A DNA stretch of 64,000 bases from Prevotella sp. (GCA_021636625.1 JAJWLX010000004.1:48004-112003); one strand, 5' to 3'; counted from the stretch's first letter, positions 10,289 through 19,436 are shown. Notes: generated from the sequence alone by a model not told the origin. Translations and numbers: made by a program.

Positions 10289-11033
10289 AATATTTAGATT
10301 TGTGCTTGATTTATTCAAAAATGGCGATAAGGAAGAGCAGGCTGGCATCTTTGCGCAAGTCAAGATCTATCGTTCTACAAGTGCCAGGGTCTTTGAAATT
10401 ATTGTAGGAATCCTGGTTCTTGCCATGTGGCTGCTCACCATCAGGAATGTCATTCATGCCACATCTGATGATTTGCCTTATCTTCTTCTGTTGGCTGGAA
10501 TGGGTACTTTTTTCCCTATTGCTTGTTTGCTTCACAGCTATCATCCAAAGGCCAATGACTTTCCTTTTGTCAAGATTGTCAATGCCCGACAGGTATATTA
10601 CCTGTCCCTGTTGGGTCGCTATGCAGCTTTATGGTCAGCCCTCTTCTGGTTATGGATTAGTTGTATGGATTTTATCGGAAGTGAGCCTGTATTTGTGGGT
10701 GGAGTGATCGTTTGCTGTGTTCTTTTATGTCTGAACGGTGTATTCTTTTTTTATAAGATATACCAGTTGAGAAACCTGGTAGAAGTAGAGGATCCTGAGC
10801 CAGCTATCAAAAACGAGAAACTCTTGACTATCGGTGTATTGGTATTGACGGCGGTTTTAGGTTTTGCGTTGCATCTCCTGCCGATTTGGGATTGTATGCC
10901 AAAGATATTAAGTGGAATTTTAAGAGGAATCCTCGTCATAGCAATGGTAGTAGGCATCGTCTGGGTATGCAAGAGATACTTCGGCCTTTTCCGTGAAATA
11001 GATAAAGACGCCTCCGATTCATCCAGGAAATAG
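10278..11033 (+). CDS. hypothetical integral membrane protein (about 5 TM segments), translationally coupled to the RHH gene
   Basis: Its start overlaps the upstream stop by 11 nt. The protein is hydrophobic with a multi-pass profile and shows no recognisable family. Confidence 0.55.
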   Translation: MKNKIFRFVLDLFKNGDKEEQAGIFAQVKIYRSTSARVFEIIVGILVLAMWLLTIRNVIHATSDDLPYLLLLAGMGTFFPIACLLHSYHPKANDFPFVKIVNARQVYYLSLLGRYAALWSALFWLWISCMDFIGSEPVFVGGVIVCCVLLCLNGVFFFYKIYQLRNLVEVEDPEPAIKNEKLLTIGVLVLTAVLGFALHLLPIWDCMPKILSGILRGILVIAMVVGIVWVCKRYFGLFREIDKDASDSSRK

Positions 11034-11062
11034 AGGCGTCTCCGATTCGTCGCAACAGTTAT

Positions 11063-11476
11063 TTATTCCCCGATAATCGTTGCGATGAGGTGTCGGCTTC
11101 CGCCTCCCTCTCTGAATTCACATAGATAAATCCCCTGCCATGTACCAAGGTTCAATCTGCCGTTGGTAATAGGAATGGTGAGCGATACACCCACCATGCT
11201 CGATTTGGCATGCGCCGACATATCCGTAGGTCCTTCATCCTGATGCAGGTATCTTGGGTCGCCATCTGGAACCAATCTTTCGAAGATACCCTTTAAATCA
11301 TGTCTCACATCAGGGTCGAAGTTCTCGTTCAGCGACAATCCGCAACTGGTATGTCTTACGAAGAGGTTCAGAATCCCCGTCTTAGGCAGCGCCGGCAAGT
11401 TCCTCATCACCTCGTTGGTTACGAGGTGAAAGCCGCGAGGAAGCGGGCGCAATGAAAATTCTACTTGCTGTATCAT
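11063..11476 (-). CDS. YjbQ/UPF0047 family protein (secondary thiamine-phosphate synthase-like)
   Basis: 137 aa containing GLSLNENFDPDVRHDL...HAKSSMVGVSLTIPITNGRLNLGTWQGIYLCEFR, typical of YjbQ. Confidence 0.85.
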   Translation of the reverse strand: MIQQVEFSLRPLPRGFHLVTNEVMRNLPALPKTGILNLFVRHTSCGLSLNENFDPDVRHDLKGIFERLVPDGDPRYLHQDEGPTDMSAHAKSSMVGVSLTIPITNGRLNLGTWQGIYLCEFREGGGSRHLIATIIGE

Positions 11477-11834
11477 ATCATTCTTTATAGTCTTTGAATA
11501 GTCTTATATCTTTCTGATAATCATGGTGCAAAGATAATTATAATTTTATTATTATGATACTATTATAATGCAAATATAGGAAAGTTTAACCATTTGAGGA
11601 ATTCTCTTCCTTGCTATCTGCTACCCCGAAAAATCTTCTTCTTTAGAAGAAGGAAAAAAACAAGAAAAATAATCCCGAAAAAATTTGGTGGTTTCAGAAT
11701 AATGATGTACTTTTGCACCCGAAATCAAGCATTAAGAGTTGCCCAGTTGCGGCACACCAACCGAGTTTCGCATAGAGATAACCACGGTGGTAAAAGAATG
11801 TGTAAGTGTTTAACAACTTAAAATAATTATCTTT

Positions 11835-12062
11835 ATGAATCCAAATTCAGATTTAAAGAACAATGAGAGTGTAATGGCAGCTAATGCCGAGTCAAGAATT
11901 TCAGAGTATGCTGCCCGTTTTGCCGCATACAGCGATGAGCGTTTGAAGCAGACCGTGGATCACGAGCGCAAGGTTCGTGGTTGGGGCAGCGAGCGCAGTT
12001 ACTTCCTTGCCGCCTTGCGAGGAGAGTGCGAGAAGCGAGGCATTGATTACTGCTGGAAGTAG
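11835..12062 (+). CDS. hypothetical small protein (75 aa)
   Basis: The ORF is preceded by a -7 box-like gTActTTTGcacccgaaa at 11709. The protein is not low-complexity. No family recognised. Confidence 0.35.
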   Translation: MNPNSDLKNNESVMAANAESRISEYAARFAAYSDERLKQTVDHERKVRGWGSERSYFLAALRGECEKRGIDYCWK

Positions 12063-12302
12063 GGGAATGTTTCCCACGGATTTCACAGTTTTCCAACTGA
12101 TAATCTTTTTATTACGTATTTTACATAGTTTGATTTTTTTATGTAACCCTCTTTTGGGATAGGTTTTGAAACCCGATTGCAAAGATATGATATTATTTAT
12201 GGATATACAAATGTTTGGGGCTATAAATTAAAGTAAAAAAGTGGCAACTGGTTTTCAGGTTGTTATTTTTACTTTACAATTTAAACGTGACCGAAAAATA
12301 TC

Positions 12303-12374
12303 TTAAGAGAAGATATTATTTCCCTTAAGGAAAAAACTATTTTCCCTTAAGGAAAAAAATAAAAAACCTTAAGG
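12303..12374. promoter_or_regulatory. array of CCTTAAGG palindromes with 22-bp phasing, flanked by A-tracts
   Basis: CTTAAG at 12303-12308. CCTTAAGG at 12323-12330, 12345-12352 and 12367-12374. Each site is flanked by aaaaaa runs. Confidence 0.45.
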
Positions 12375-12674
12375 GAAAAATCAGAATCTCTTCTTTCCCC
12401 ATTTTTCCGGTGTTTTTGCCTGATTTCCTTTCTTTGGAATATTGTTTACATAGAGAAGAGAAAAAGATGTTCTTTCTGCTGCTTCCCTTGCTCTGTTCAT
12501 TCACCTCGGCAACTACCTTTCCTGTGGCTTTTCCTGCCAGGGCAGTCTGGGATTATTTCCAAGACTGCTCCTGGGTTTGTTGAATTCGCGAGCGATGAAA
12601 TCTGCCTGAAACCATTAATAGATGTTATTTATGATATAATAGACAAACACTTTCGTTTATCTATTATAAAATCC

Positions 12675-12682
12675 GTATCTTT
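12675..12682 (+). promoter_or_regulatory. -7 box (TAtcTTTG) for the C_GCAxxG_C_C gene
   Basis: cgTAtcTTTGcagc lies about 30 nt upstream of the ATG at 12712. Confidence 0.5.
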
Positions 12683-12711
12683 GCAGCAAAATTCAAATAA
12701 ACAAGATAAAT

Positions 12712-13110
12712 ATGGAAACAAGAAAAGAAATTGCAGCAGAGAAGAAGCGTTGTGGGGCTCATAACTGTACCCAGGCAGTGGTTTGTACCTATCATGACTA
12801 TACAGGTATGGACGAAGCGACACTCAAGCATATAGGCAATGCCTTTGCTGCAGGAATGGGTAATATGGAAGGAACCTGCGGTGCCCTCATAGGAGCAGGA
12901 GTGGTATTAGGCCTTGCAACAAAGGATAAGGCTAAGTCTGTCAAGGCGATGCGACAGATCATGACCCAATTCCAGCAGCACAACGGAGCTACCCAGTGCA
13001 AGCTTCTCAAAGGGGTGGGAACTGGTAAGATACTCAGAGAATGCCCGCTCTGCGTAGCCGATGCGGCAGAATTCCTGGAAGGGCAATTGGAAAAACTAAC
13101 CGGTCAATAA
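12712..13110 (+). CDS. C_GCAxxG_C_C family putative redox-active protein
   Basis: CGAHNCTQAVV...CGALIGAGVVLG...ECPLC, matching the C-GCAxxG-C-C motif architecture. Confidence 0.8.
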   Translation: METRKEIAAEKKRCGAHNCTQAVVCTYHDYTGMDEATLKHIGNAFAAGMGNMEGTCGALIGAGVVLGLATKDKAKSVKAMRQIMTQFQQHNGATQCKLLKGVGTGKILRECPLCVADAAEFLEGQLEKLTGQ

Positions 13111-13116
13111 AAGCAG

Positions 13117-13308
13117 ATGGCAAAATACAAGGCGCAAAGCGAGCACGACCGCTGCGTGGCATGTGGTGTTTGCGTAAAGGTATGTCCCAAGGATGCCGTC
13201 AGCATCTACCGAGGATGTTATGCTGTAGTAAATGAGGATTTGTGCATAGGCTGCGGCATCTGTGAAAAGAACTGTCCGGCAGGAGTCATGCACAAGATAT
13301 TGAGATAA
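13117..13308 (+). CDS. 4Fe-4S dicluster ferredoxin (63 aa)
   Basis: CVACGVCVKVCP and CIGCGICEKNCP, two CxxCxxCxxxCP motifs. Confidence 0.75.
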   Translation: MAKYKAQSEHDRCVACGVCVKVCPKDAVSIYRGCYAVVNEDLCIGCGICEKNCPAGVMHKILR

Positions 13309-13326
13309 CAGATTAAAAGCATTTTT

Positions 13327-13905
13327 ATGGCAAGACAAAAAAGCAAGAAGTGGAGTGATTATATGTGGCTGGTATCCGCTACCTATTTCACTCTTGGATT
13401 CTTCAATATCGTGTTTGCGTGGTTGGGAGTCATCTGTTTTATGATTCCGCTGCTCATGGCTATTTTCGGAGGCGGCAAGGGATATTGCAACAACTATTGT
13501 GGGCGTGGTCAACTTTTCCTGCAGATAGGAAATACCCTGGGATGGTCGCGCAAGAAGGTGGCACCAAGATGGTTATCATCCAAATGGTTCCGTCATGGAT
13601 TTCTGCTTTTCTTCATGTTCTTCTTCATCCAGATGATTATCCTCACTGTGATGGTGGCAAAGGGCACAGAGAATCTCCATCAGACTATTCACCTGCTCTG
13701 GACTTTTGATGTTCCCTGGCACTGGGCATATCCAGTAGAGATAGAACCCTGGAAGGCGCAGTTTGCCTTCGGTCTCTATGGCATCATGCTCACCTCGCTG
13801 ATAGTGGGTGTGCTACTCACCATCTTCTATCGTCCTAGAACCTGGTGTGTTTTCTGTCCGATGGGCAACATGACTCAACTCATCTGCAAGCTCAAGGCAA
13901 GATAA
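13327..13905 (+). CDS. membrane protein with Cys motifs resembling the NapH/NosR-type 4Fe-4S binding (Fer4_5-like) family
   Basis: Four hydrophobic segments. GYCNNYCGRGQ near the N-terminus and WCVFCPMGNM near the C-terminus, a CxxCPxG pattern. Confidence 0.5.
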   Translation: MARQKSKKWSDYMWLVSATYFTLGFFNIVFAWLGVICFMIPLLMAIFGGGKGYCNNYCGRGQLFLQIGNTLGWSRKKVAPRWLSSKWFRHGFLLFFMFFFIQMIILTVMVAKGTENLHQTIHLLWTFDVPWHWAYPVEIEPWKAQFAFGLYGIMLTSLIVGVLLTIFYRPRTWCVFCPMGNMTQLICKLKAR

Positions 13906-13943
13906 GCCCTGTACTTGGCTGATGATATAAATAGAATAACGAT

Positions 13944-14870
13944 ATGAATTTACAGCAACTGAAATACATTGTGGCACTCAACCGCTTTCGCAATTTTGCG
14001 AGAGCGGCAGAGGCTTGTCAGATTTCGCAGCCTACACTCAGTGCCATGCTTGTGAAACTGGAGGAAGAACTGGATACCCGTATCTTCGAAAGAAACAACA
14101 AAACCGTATCTCCCACTACGCCAGGAAAGAAGATTATCCGTCAGGCAGAAACAGTATTGCAGGAGATAGAACGCATCCCGGAAATCGTGATGGAAGATAA
14201 GGGTGAGATAGGCGGAAGTCTGTCGCTCGCCGTGGGACCAACCATTGCCCCCTACATCCTGCCCAGGTTCATCAGATACTATCGGGAAAACTATCCATCG
14301 GTAGATCTCAATATCCTGGAACTGAAGGCTGATTTCATGCTCGATTCCCTGCTTCGTGGCGAGATGGATGCCGGCATAGCCATCTCCGACAATGTCCGTG
14401 AAGGCATTCTGGAGATACCTCTCTACACGGAGAAGTTCTACGTGTATCTAGCCGAGAGCTGCTGGCGCAAGCTCCCTGTTTTCAAGCCTGAGAATCTGGA
14501 GTATGAGAATATGTGGATTATGAAGGAGGCACAGTGTCTGCGCAACAGTGCCTTTTCGTTCTGCAAGGCCCGCAGCAAGGGTCATCACATCTATGAGGCA
14601 GGCAGCATCGAGACCCTGATAAGGATAGTGGATGAGAACGGCGGCTTCACCATCATTCCAGAGATGCACCTCCCTTTCCTGAGTGAGGAGCAGAAAAGGA
14701 ATGTAAGAAAGATAGAGGAAGATTATCTGTCGCAGAGGCGCATATCGCTCTATATCAGGGAGGATTACATCCGTGAGCGGATGCTGAACACCCTGGTCGA
14801 TACCCTCAAGATATTCATTCCAGAGGAGATGATGGGAGAAGGCATCAGGAAATACGGCATCAAGCTGTAA
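13944..14870 (+). CDS. LysR-family transcriptional regulator (OxyR-like)
   Basis: N-terminal HTH NLQQLKYIVALNRFRNFARAAEACQISQPTLSAMLVKLEEEL, 308 aa, with a LysR substrate-binding domain. Confidence 0.85.
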   Translation: MNLQQLKYIVALNRFRNFARAAEACQISQPTLSAMLVKLEEELDTRIFERNNKTVSPTTPGKKIIRQAETVLQEIERIPEIVMEDKGEIGGSLSLAVGPTIAPYILPRFIRYYRENYPSVDLNILELKADFMLDSLLRGEMDAGIAISDNVREGILEIPLYTEKFYVYLAESCWRKLPVFKPENLEYENMWIMKEAQCLRNSAFSFCKARSKGHHIYEAGSIETLIRIVDENGGFTIIPEMHLPFLSEEQKRNVRKIEEDYLSQRRISLYIREDYIRERMLNTLVDTLKIFIPEEMMGEGIRKYGIKL

Positions 14871-15011
14871 CTATCAGCCAGATGAGTTGAATACAAGAAA
14901 AATCCCCCTTTTTCTTGCGTAATTAAAATGTATATTGCTCAATATTGAAATCCCACAACGGTGAATTCATAGAATTGTACCCTATTGTGATGGAAGATTA
15001 AGAAAAAGCAT

Positions 15012-15054
15012 ATCCGCAACAGATACCGTGGGAGGTAAATGTTGCGGATTTTTC
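15012..15054 (+). terminator. rho-independent terminator downstream of the LysR gene
   Basis: Stem atccgcaaca / tgttgcggat with an 18-nt loop, followed by ttttt. Confidence 0.6.
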
Positions 15055-15076
15055 ATTCAATATGACTTTCGGCTAG

Positions 15077-15343
15077 GCATATAAAACCCTGGTAGACTGC
15101 GATTGCGACAGCCATCCTGCAGACCCGAAACTCAAGGATATGGGAATTCTTGCAAGCACGGATCCTGTGGCTCTTGATCAGGCTTGCCTAGACCTTGTTT
15201 TCACCCACAAAGGAAAACCTGGTGATGATGAAAAGCCACTCATTGAGCGAATCAATCGTCAGCATGGTACCTACATCACAGATTATGCAGAGAAGATAGG
15301 TTTTGGAAGCAAGAAATACAGTCTGGTGATGATTAAGCAATGA
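15077..15343 (+). pseudogene. C-terminal remnant (about 89 codons) of a DUF362-like gene with the 5' part missing
   Basis: The in-frame reading AYKTLVDCDCDSHPADPKLKDMGILASTDPVALDQACLDLVF... extends upstream of the annotated Met at 15140 to a stop at 15074. No N-terminal domain or promoter is present. The terminator of the preceding gene lies immediately upstream. Confidence 0.45.
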
Positions 15344-15472
15344 AAAAGATAATCACAAAACATAAATCCTGCCAAATTGCCCATTTCTGCATGACATAAT
15401 TTGATGAAAATCAAGAAATCGGGCATTTTCTGAAGTTTTCTCTCAAAAAGTTGTGTTCGCACACAAAAAGGC

Positions 15473-15480
15473 ATTACCTT
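15473..15480 (+). promoter_or_regulatory. -7 box (TAccTTTG) driving the small-peptide gene pair
   Basis: ttTAccTTTGcactcgaaaag lies about 55 nt upstream of the ATG at 15535. Confidence 0.5.
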
Positions 15481-15534
15481 TGCACTCGAAAAGATTGAAT
15501 AACGAATAATTAAAGTAAAGAAAGGGTAACAATT

Positions 15535-15624
15535 ATGATGGTATTAGGAATGACACTGGCAGTTGTAGCTGCTCTTTTTGCAGAGGTTGTAAATGTCAAC
15601 AAGAAGATTAGCCTCGGCAAGTAA
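15535..15624 (+). CDS. small hydrophobic peptide (29 aa; MMVLGMTLAVVAALFAEVVNVNKKISLGK), not in the ORF track
   Basis: Manual translation. It has a paralog 185 nt downstream, a shared upstream -7 box and a shared terminator. Confidence 0.4.
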   Translation: MMVLGMTLAVVAALFAEVVNVNKKISLGK

Positions 15625-15719
15625 TCAGCCCTTGAGAGGCATCTTAGAATGCTTTCAAGGAAGTTGATTGGAAATGGATAAAGATTAGGATAACAGATTA
15701 ATAGAGAAAGGATAAGATT

Positions 15720-15806
15720 ATGTTAGTTGTAGGTATGATTTTAGCAATGATCGTTGCAGCGTGCGCAGAGTATGGTGCTAGATCTAACATGAAGGACTTC
15801 GCTTAA
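15720..15806 (+). CDS. small hydrophobic peptide paralog (28 aa; MLVVGMILAMIVAACAEYGARSNMKDFA), not in the ORF track
   Basis: Manual translation. The N-terminal 17 residues align with the upstream peptide (M-x-V-x-G-M-x-LA-x-x-x-A-x-x-AE). Confidence 0.4.
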   Translation: MLVVGMILAMIVAACAEYGARSNMKDFA

Positions 15807-15864
15807 CAAGCAGTTCTTCTTTCAATTTGAGAGAATTTAAACAGTAGTTCCATATAATAAATAA

Positions 15865-15918
15865 GGAAAGGCAGCTGTTGGCATTTGAAAGATGCCAGCA
15901 GCTGTCTTTCCTTTTTTA
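15865..15918 (+). terminator. strong rho-independent terminator after the small-peptide pair
   Basis: About 20-bp stem ggaaaggcagctgttggcat / atgccagcagctgtctttcc with 2 mismatches, followed by tttttt. Confidence 0.75.
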
Positions 15919-16113
15919 TATTCATTTATGATAGTTTTGGGGCATCCCCAATCATGGCACGTGCCCATGAAGAGTGGCGGAAGTCTGTAGCAAGGGTAAT
16001 GCCTGTCTTTTTACGCAGCCAAAATAAAAATCATTTTTCCATCAAAAAAATACGTTATTTCGGATTTTTTTTCGTAATATTGCACCCTAAAACAACATTA
16101 AAGGCTATTGATA

Positions 16114-17597
16114 TGAAACGAATCTTTATCTCAATGACAGGTTTCATCACCTGTATGAACCTGATGGCACAAACTCCTGTCAGTTTTTATCCTCAGGAGA
16201 ATGACCAAGACATCAACATCGATACACATCTGGTCATCGTGTTTGACAAGACAGTAAAGACTGGCAGCAAGGGCATAATCACTGTTACGGACAAGACAAC
16301 TCGAAAAGTGGTTGATAGAATCGACATGAGCATTCCGGCGGGACCAACCGAAGGACAGCCCAAGAATCCAAATGCTGTCTATACTCCCGTTCCCTATATA
16401 TATAAGGTGGAGAATGTAACCAATCGCAATACTCGTCCTGGAACTCCATCAGGTGCTGCCCAGGAAGACAAGCGCAAGTATCAGAAGACCATCATTGGTG
16501 GATTCTCTGATGCCTTTCACTTCTATCCTGTCATCTGTCATGGGAACAAAGCAACCATTTATCTGCATAACAGTATGCTGGAATATGGACATGAATATGA
16601 AATCAAGATTAGCAAGGGTACGATTGAGGGATGGAATGGCAAGAAGTCATGGACGTTTAGGACTAAGAAAAACGCCCCTTCTGCAGATTTGCGTCATATC
16701 GTTGTGGCAGCTGATGGCAGCGGAGACTTCTCCACTCTGCAAGGTGCCATGGATTGGATACCAGACTCATTGCCTTCTGAAGCCAGCAGGAAAAAGGTTT
16801 TCGTGAAGAATGGAGATTATGAAGAGCTGGTTTATTTCCGCAATAAGCGATTCGTAACTATCCAAGGAGAATCCATGGATGGGGTAGTGGTACATTACCC
16901 CAATAACGAGGTATTCAATCCTCACCCGGTTGATATCAAGACCAATGAGCAGAAAGGAACATTCCCTTCTCGCCGTGCAGCTGTGGCAGCAGACAACTGT
17001 GCCGACATGATTTTCAAGAATATCACCTTCAAGACTGATTGCAAGGGACAGGCTGAGGGATTCCTGCTCAATGGTGAAAGAAACTTTGCTGAGAATGTGC
17101 ATGTAATCGGTGATGGTGATGCTCTTCAGGTGAATGGTTCTGCCTACTGGCTCAACTGCGTGATTGATGGAGGAGGTGACACGGTGCTGGGTAGAGGTCC
17201 ATCCTATTTCAATCACTGTACACTTTCCAGCTATGGTGCTTTCATGTGGATTAGAAATACCAGGGAGAACCATGGTAACATCTTCAATGACTGTACCTTC
17301 AAGGGATTGGGCAAGGATGCCGTGATAGCCCGCCTTCCTGACAACAAGGGCAGAAATTATCCTGATGCGGAATGCGTGCTGCTGAACTGTACGCTTGATG
17401 GTGTGCTTTCTGAAGGCTTTGGCCCCATAGATGAGTCGGCATCTACGGCAAATCTCCTGGAATTCAACAGCCATGACAAGGAAGGTAAAACTATAGATAT
17501 CAGCAAGAGAAACAAGCATGTACGTCAGCTTGACGCCATCAAGGATGCTGAGACAATCGGAAAATACTCCAATGCAAGTTGGGTACTGAATTGGTAA
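16114..17597 (+). CDS. pectinesterase (carbohydrate esterase family 8) with an N-terminal Ig-like domain
   Basis: Signal peptide MKRIFISMTGFITCMNLMAQT. CE8 hallmark VAADGSGDFSTLQGAMDWIP. Start reassigned downstream of the terminator at 15865-15918. Confidence 0.8.
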
Positions 17598-17630
17598 GAA
17601 AGGAGATTAATATAAATACCGGATGCCCTC

Positions 17631-18887
17631 TCATCGGTGTCTGCTTGCCTTCATTGGGTATTCTTCAACGCTTTTCTTCTGGGTATTCGGCAAGAATCCT
17701 GCAATGATGCCGAGCAATGGCAGGAAGGCACTCACCTGGAAGATGAACTCAATACTGGTCTTGTCGGCTAGCCATCCGAAGAAAGCTGAACCCAGTCCTC
17801 CCAGTCCGAACATCAGTCCGAAGAAAATGCCTGCTATCAATCCCACTTTATCTGGCATCAGGTCGGTGGCATATACCACGATGGAAGAGAATGCCGAGGC
17901 GATGATCAAGCCGGAAAGGAAGGTACAGATGATGGTCCACGTGAAGTTGACGAAAGGCATGGCGATGGCAAAAGGGGCTGCTCCCAGAATGGAGAACCAG
18001 ATGACATACTTTCTGCCAAACTTGTCACCCAGCATGCCTCCTGCTACGGTACCTATGGCAAAGGCGGCAAGGAATACGAAGAGGCACAGCTGCGAGGTCT
18101 GCACCGAAACCCCGAACTTATCTATCAGGAAGAAGGTGAAGTAACTCGTAATACAGGCTGTATAGAAATACTTGGAGAACACGAGCATGATGAGGATGAA
18201 CAGAGCCCAATACTTCACCCTTTTAGAGATATGAGTGTTGAGAAGCGGTTGTTTCTGCGGATGGTTCACCACGTAAGCCAATCGTGCCTTATACCAGACT
18301 CCCAATCTTACCATGATGATGGCGGCCAGTAGGGCTGCAAGGGCAAACCAGGAGATGGCATGCTGACCGAAAGGAAGGATGATGATGGCTGCAAGCAATG
18401 GTCCTATTGCAGAACCTCCATTGCCACCCACCTGGAAGATGGATTGTGCCAGACTCTTCTTGCCTCCCGATGCCATCTGTGCCACTCTCGATGCTGTGGG
18501 ATGAAACACGGACGAACCCAGACCTACAACGCTCACTGCCAGGAGAATCAGGAAGTAATTCTCGGCGAAAGCCAGCAGGAGCAGGCCCATCAATGTGAAA
18601 CACATGCCGATGGAGAGGGCATAGGGACGGGGATGCTTATCGGCATAAAGTCCTGTGAAAGGTTGCAGAATAGAAGATGTCATCTGGAAAACCAGCGTGA
18701 TGATGCCTATCTGTGCAAACGAGAAATCGAACTTATCCTTCACAATCGGATAGATGGAAGGGATAATCGACTGAATCATATCGTTCAGGAAATGGGAAAT
18801 GCTACAGATGATGAGCATGGAATACACTGTACCCTCTACCATCGTAGGATTTCCCTTGATTTTACTGCCTATAGACTTGATGTTCAT
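17631..18887 (-). CDS. MFS transporter (Fsr/drug-efflux-like)
   Basis: 12-TM profile with HFLNDMIQSIIPSIYPIVKDKF and LQPFTGLYADKH motifs. The true start may be the internal Met at 18842. Confidence 0.8.
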   Translation of the reverse strand: MNIKSIGSKIKGNPTMVEGTVYSMLIICSISHFLNDMIQSIIPSIYPIVKDKFDFSFAQIGIITLVFQMTSSILQPFTGLYADKHPRPYALSIGMCFTLMGLLLLAFAENYFLILLAVSVVGLGSSVFHPTASRVAQMASGGKKSLAQSIFQVGGNGGSAIGPLLAAIIILPFGQHAISWFALAALLAAIIMVRLGVWYKARLAYVVNHPQKQPLLNTHISKRVKYWALFILIMLVFSKYFYTACITSYFTFFLIDKFGVSVQTSQLCLFVFLAAFAIGTVAGGMLGDKFGRKYVIWFSILGAAPFAIAMPFVNFTWTIICTFLSGLIIASAFSSIVVYATDLMPDKVGLIAGIFFGLMFGLGGLGSAFFGWLADKTSIEFIFQVSAFLPLLGIIAGFLPNTQKKSVEEYPMKASRHR

Positions 18888-18902
18888 TTCTTTTTTACTC
18901 TC

Positions 18903-19436
18903 TTATTTGAAAATCAACTTTTTATGCTGTTTTTGTTCTGCTTCAAGCTCCAATAACCTTCTCTTTGCGTCTAATCCTCCGGCAAAACCTGTAAGGCAAT
19001 GATTGCTACCGATAACACGATGGCAGGGAATGAAAATGCTGATGCCATTAGCTCCGATGGCACCTGCCACGGCTCTTGTGCCATTGGGGTTACCCATACT
19101 TATGGCTATTTCCTTATAGTTTCTTGTTTCTCCGTAGGGTATGTTGAGCAATGCATGCCATACTTTTTTCTGAAAATCGGTTCCTATAGGACGCAACGGA
19201 ATATCGAATATCTTGCGGATGCCGGTGAAATATTCATTCAGCTGCTTCTTGGCAAGTTCCAGGATAGGGGTTGTCTCAATTTTGAACTCAGCCTTCATAT
19301 ACTGCGAAACCCGAAGCTTATTGCGCTCTGCATATGGCATTTCATTCCAATCACAAAGACACAAATCATCACCCACAGATGCCAGAATTAACTCTCCGCA
19401 GGGCGAGTTGTAATATTGGATGTTTATTTGCTGCAT
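18903..19436 (-). CDS. ogt: methylated-DNA--protein-cysteine methyltransferase
   Basis: Active-site IPCHRVIGSN motif, 177 aa. Confidence 0.85.
   Translation of the reverse strand: MQQINIQYYNSPCGELILASVGDDLCLCDWNEMPYAERNKLRVSQYMKAEFKIETTPILELAKKQLNEYFTGIRKIFDIPLRPIGTDFQKKVWHALLNIPYGETRNYKEIAISMGNPNGTRAVAGAIGANGISIFIPCHRVIGSNHCLTGFAGGLDAKRRLLELEAEQKQHKKLIFK

Noticed and set aside
11594-11821. 75-aa ORF rich in Arg/Lys/Phe
   Set aside because: It lies in an AT-rich promoter region, and its translation is low-complexity (FFFRRRKKTRKI). It is likely spurious.
12466-12582. 38-aa CT-rich ORF (MFFLLLPLLCSF...) in the 12.1-12.7 kb intergenic region
   Set aside because: There are no supporting signals and the composition is pyrimidine-tract driven. 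It was not called.
15885-16113. N-terminal extension of the pectinesterase ORF
   Set aside because: The extension would read through a strong rho-independent terminator (15865-15918) and has no signal peptide. The Met at 16114 gives a canonical signal peptide.
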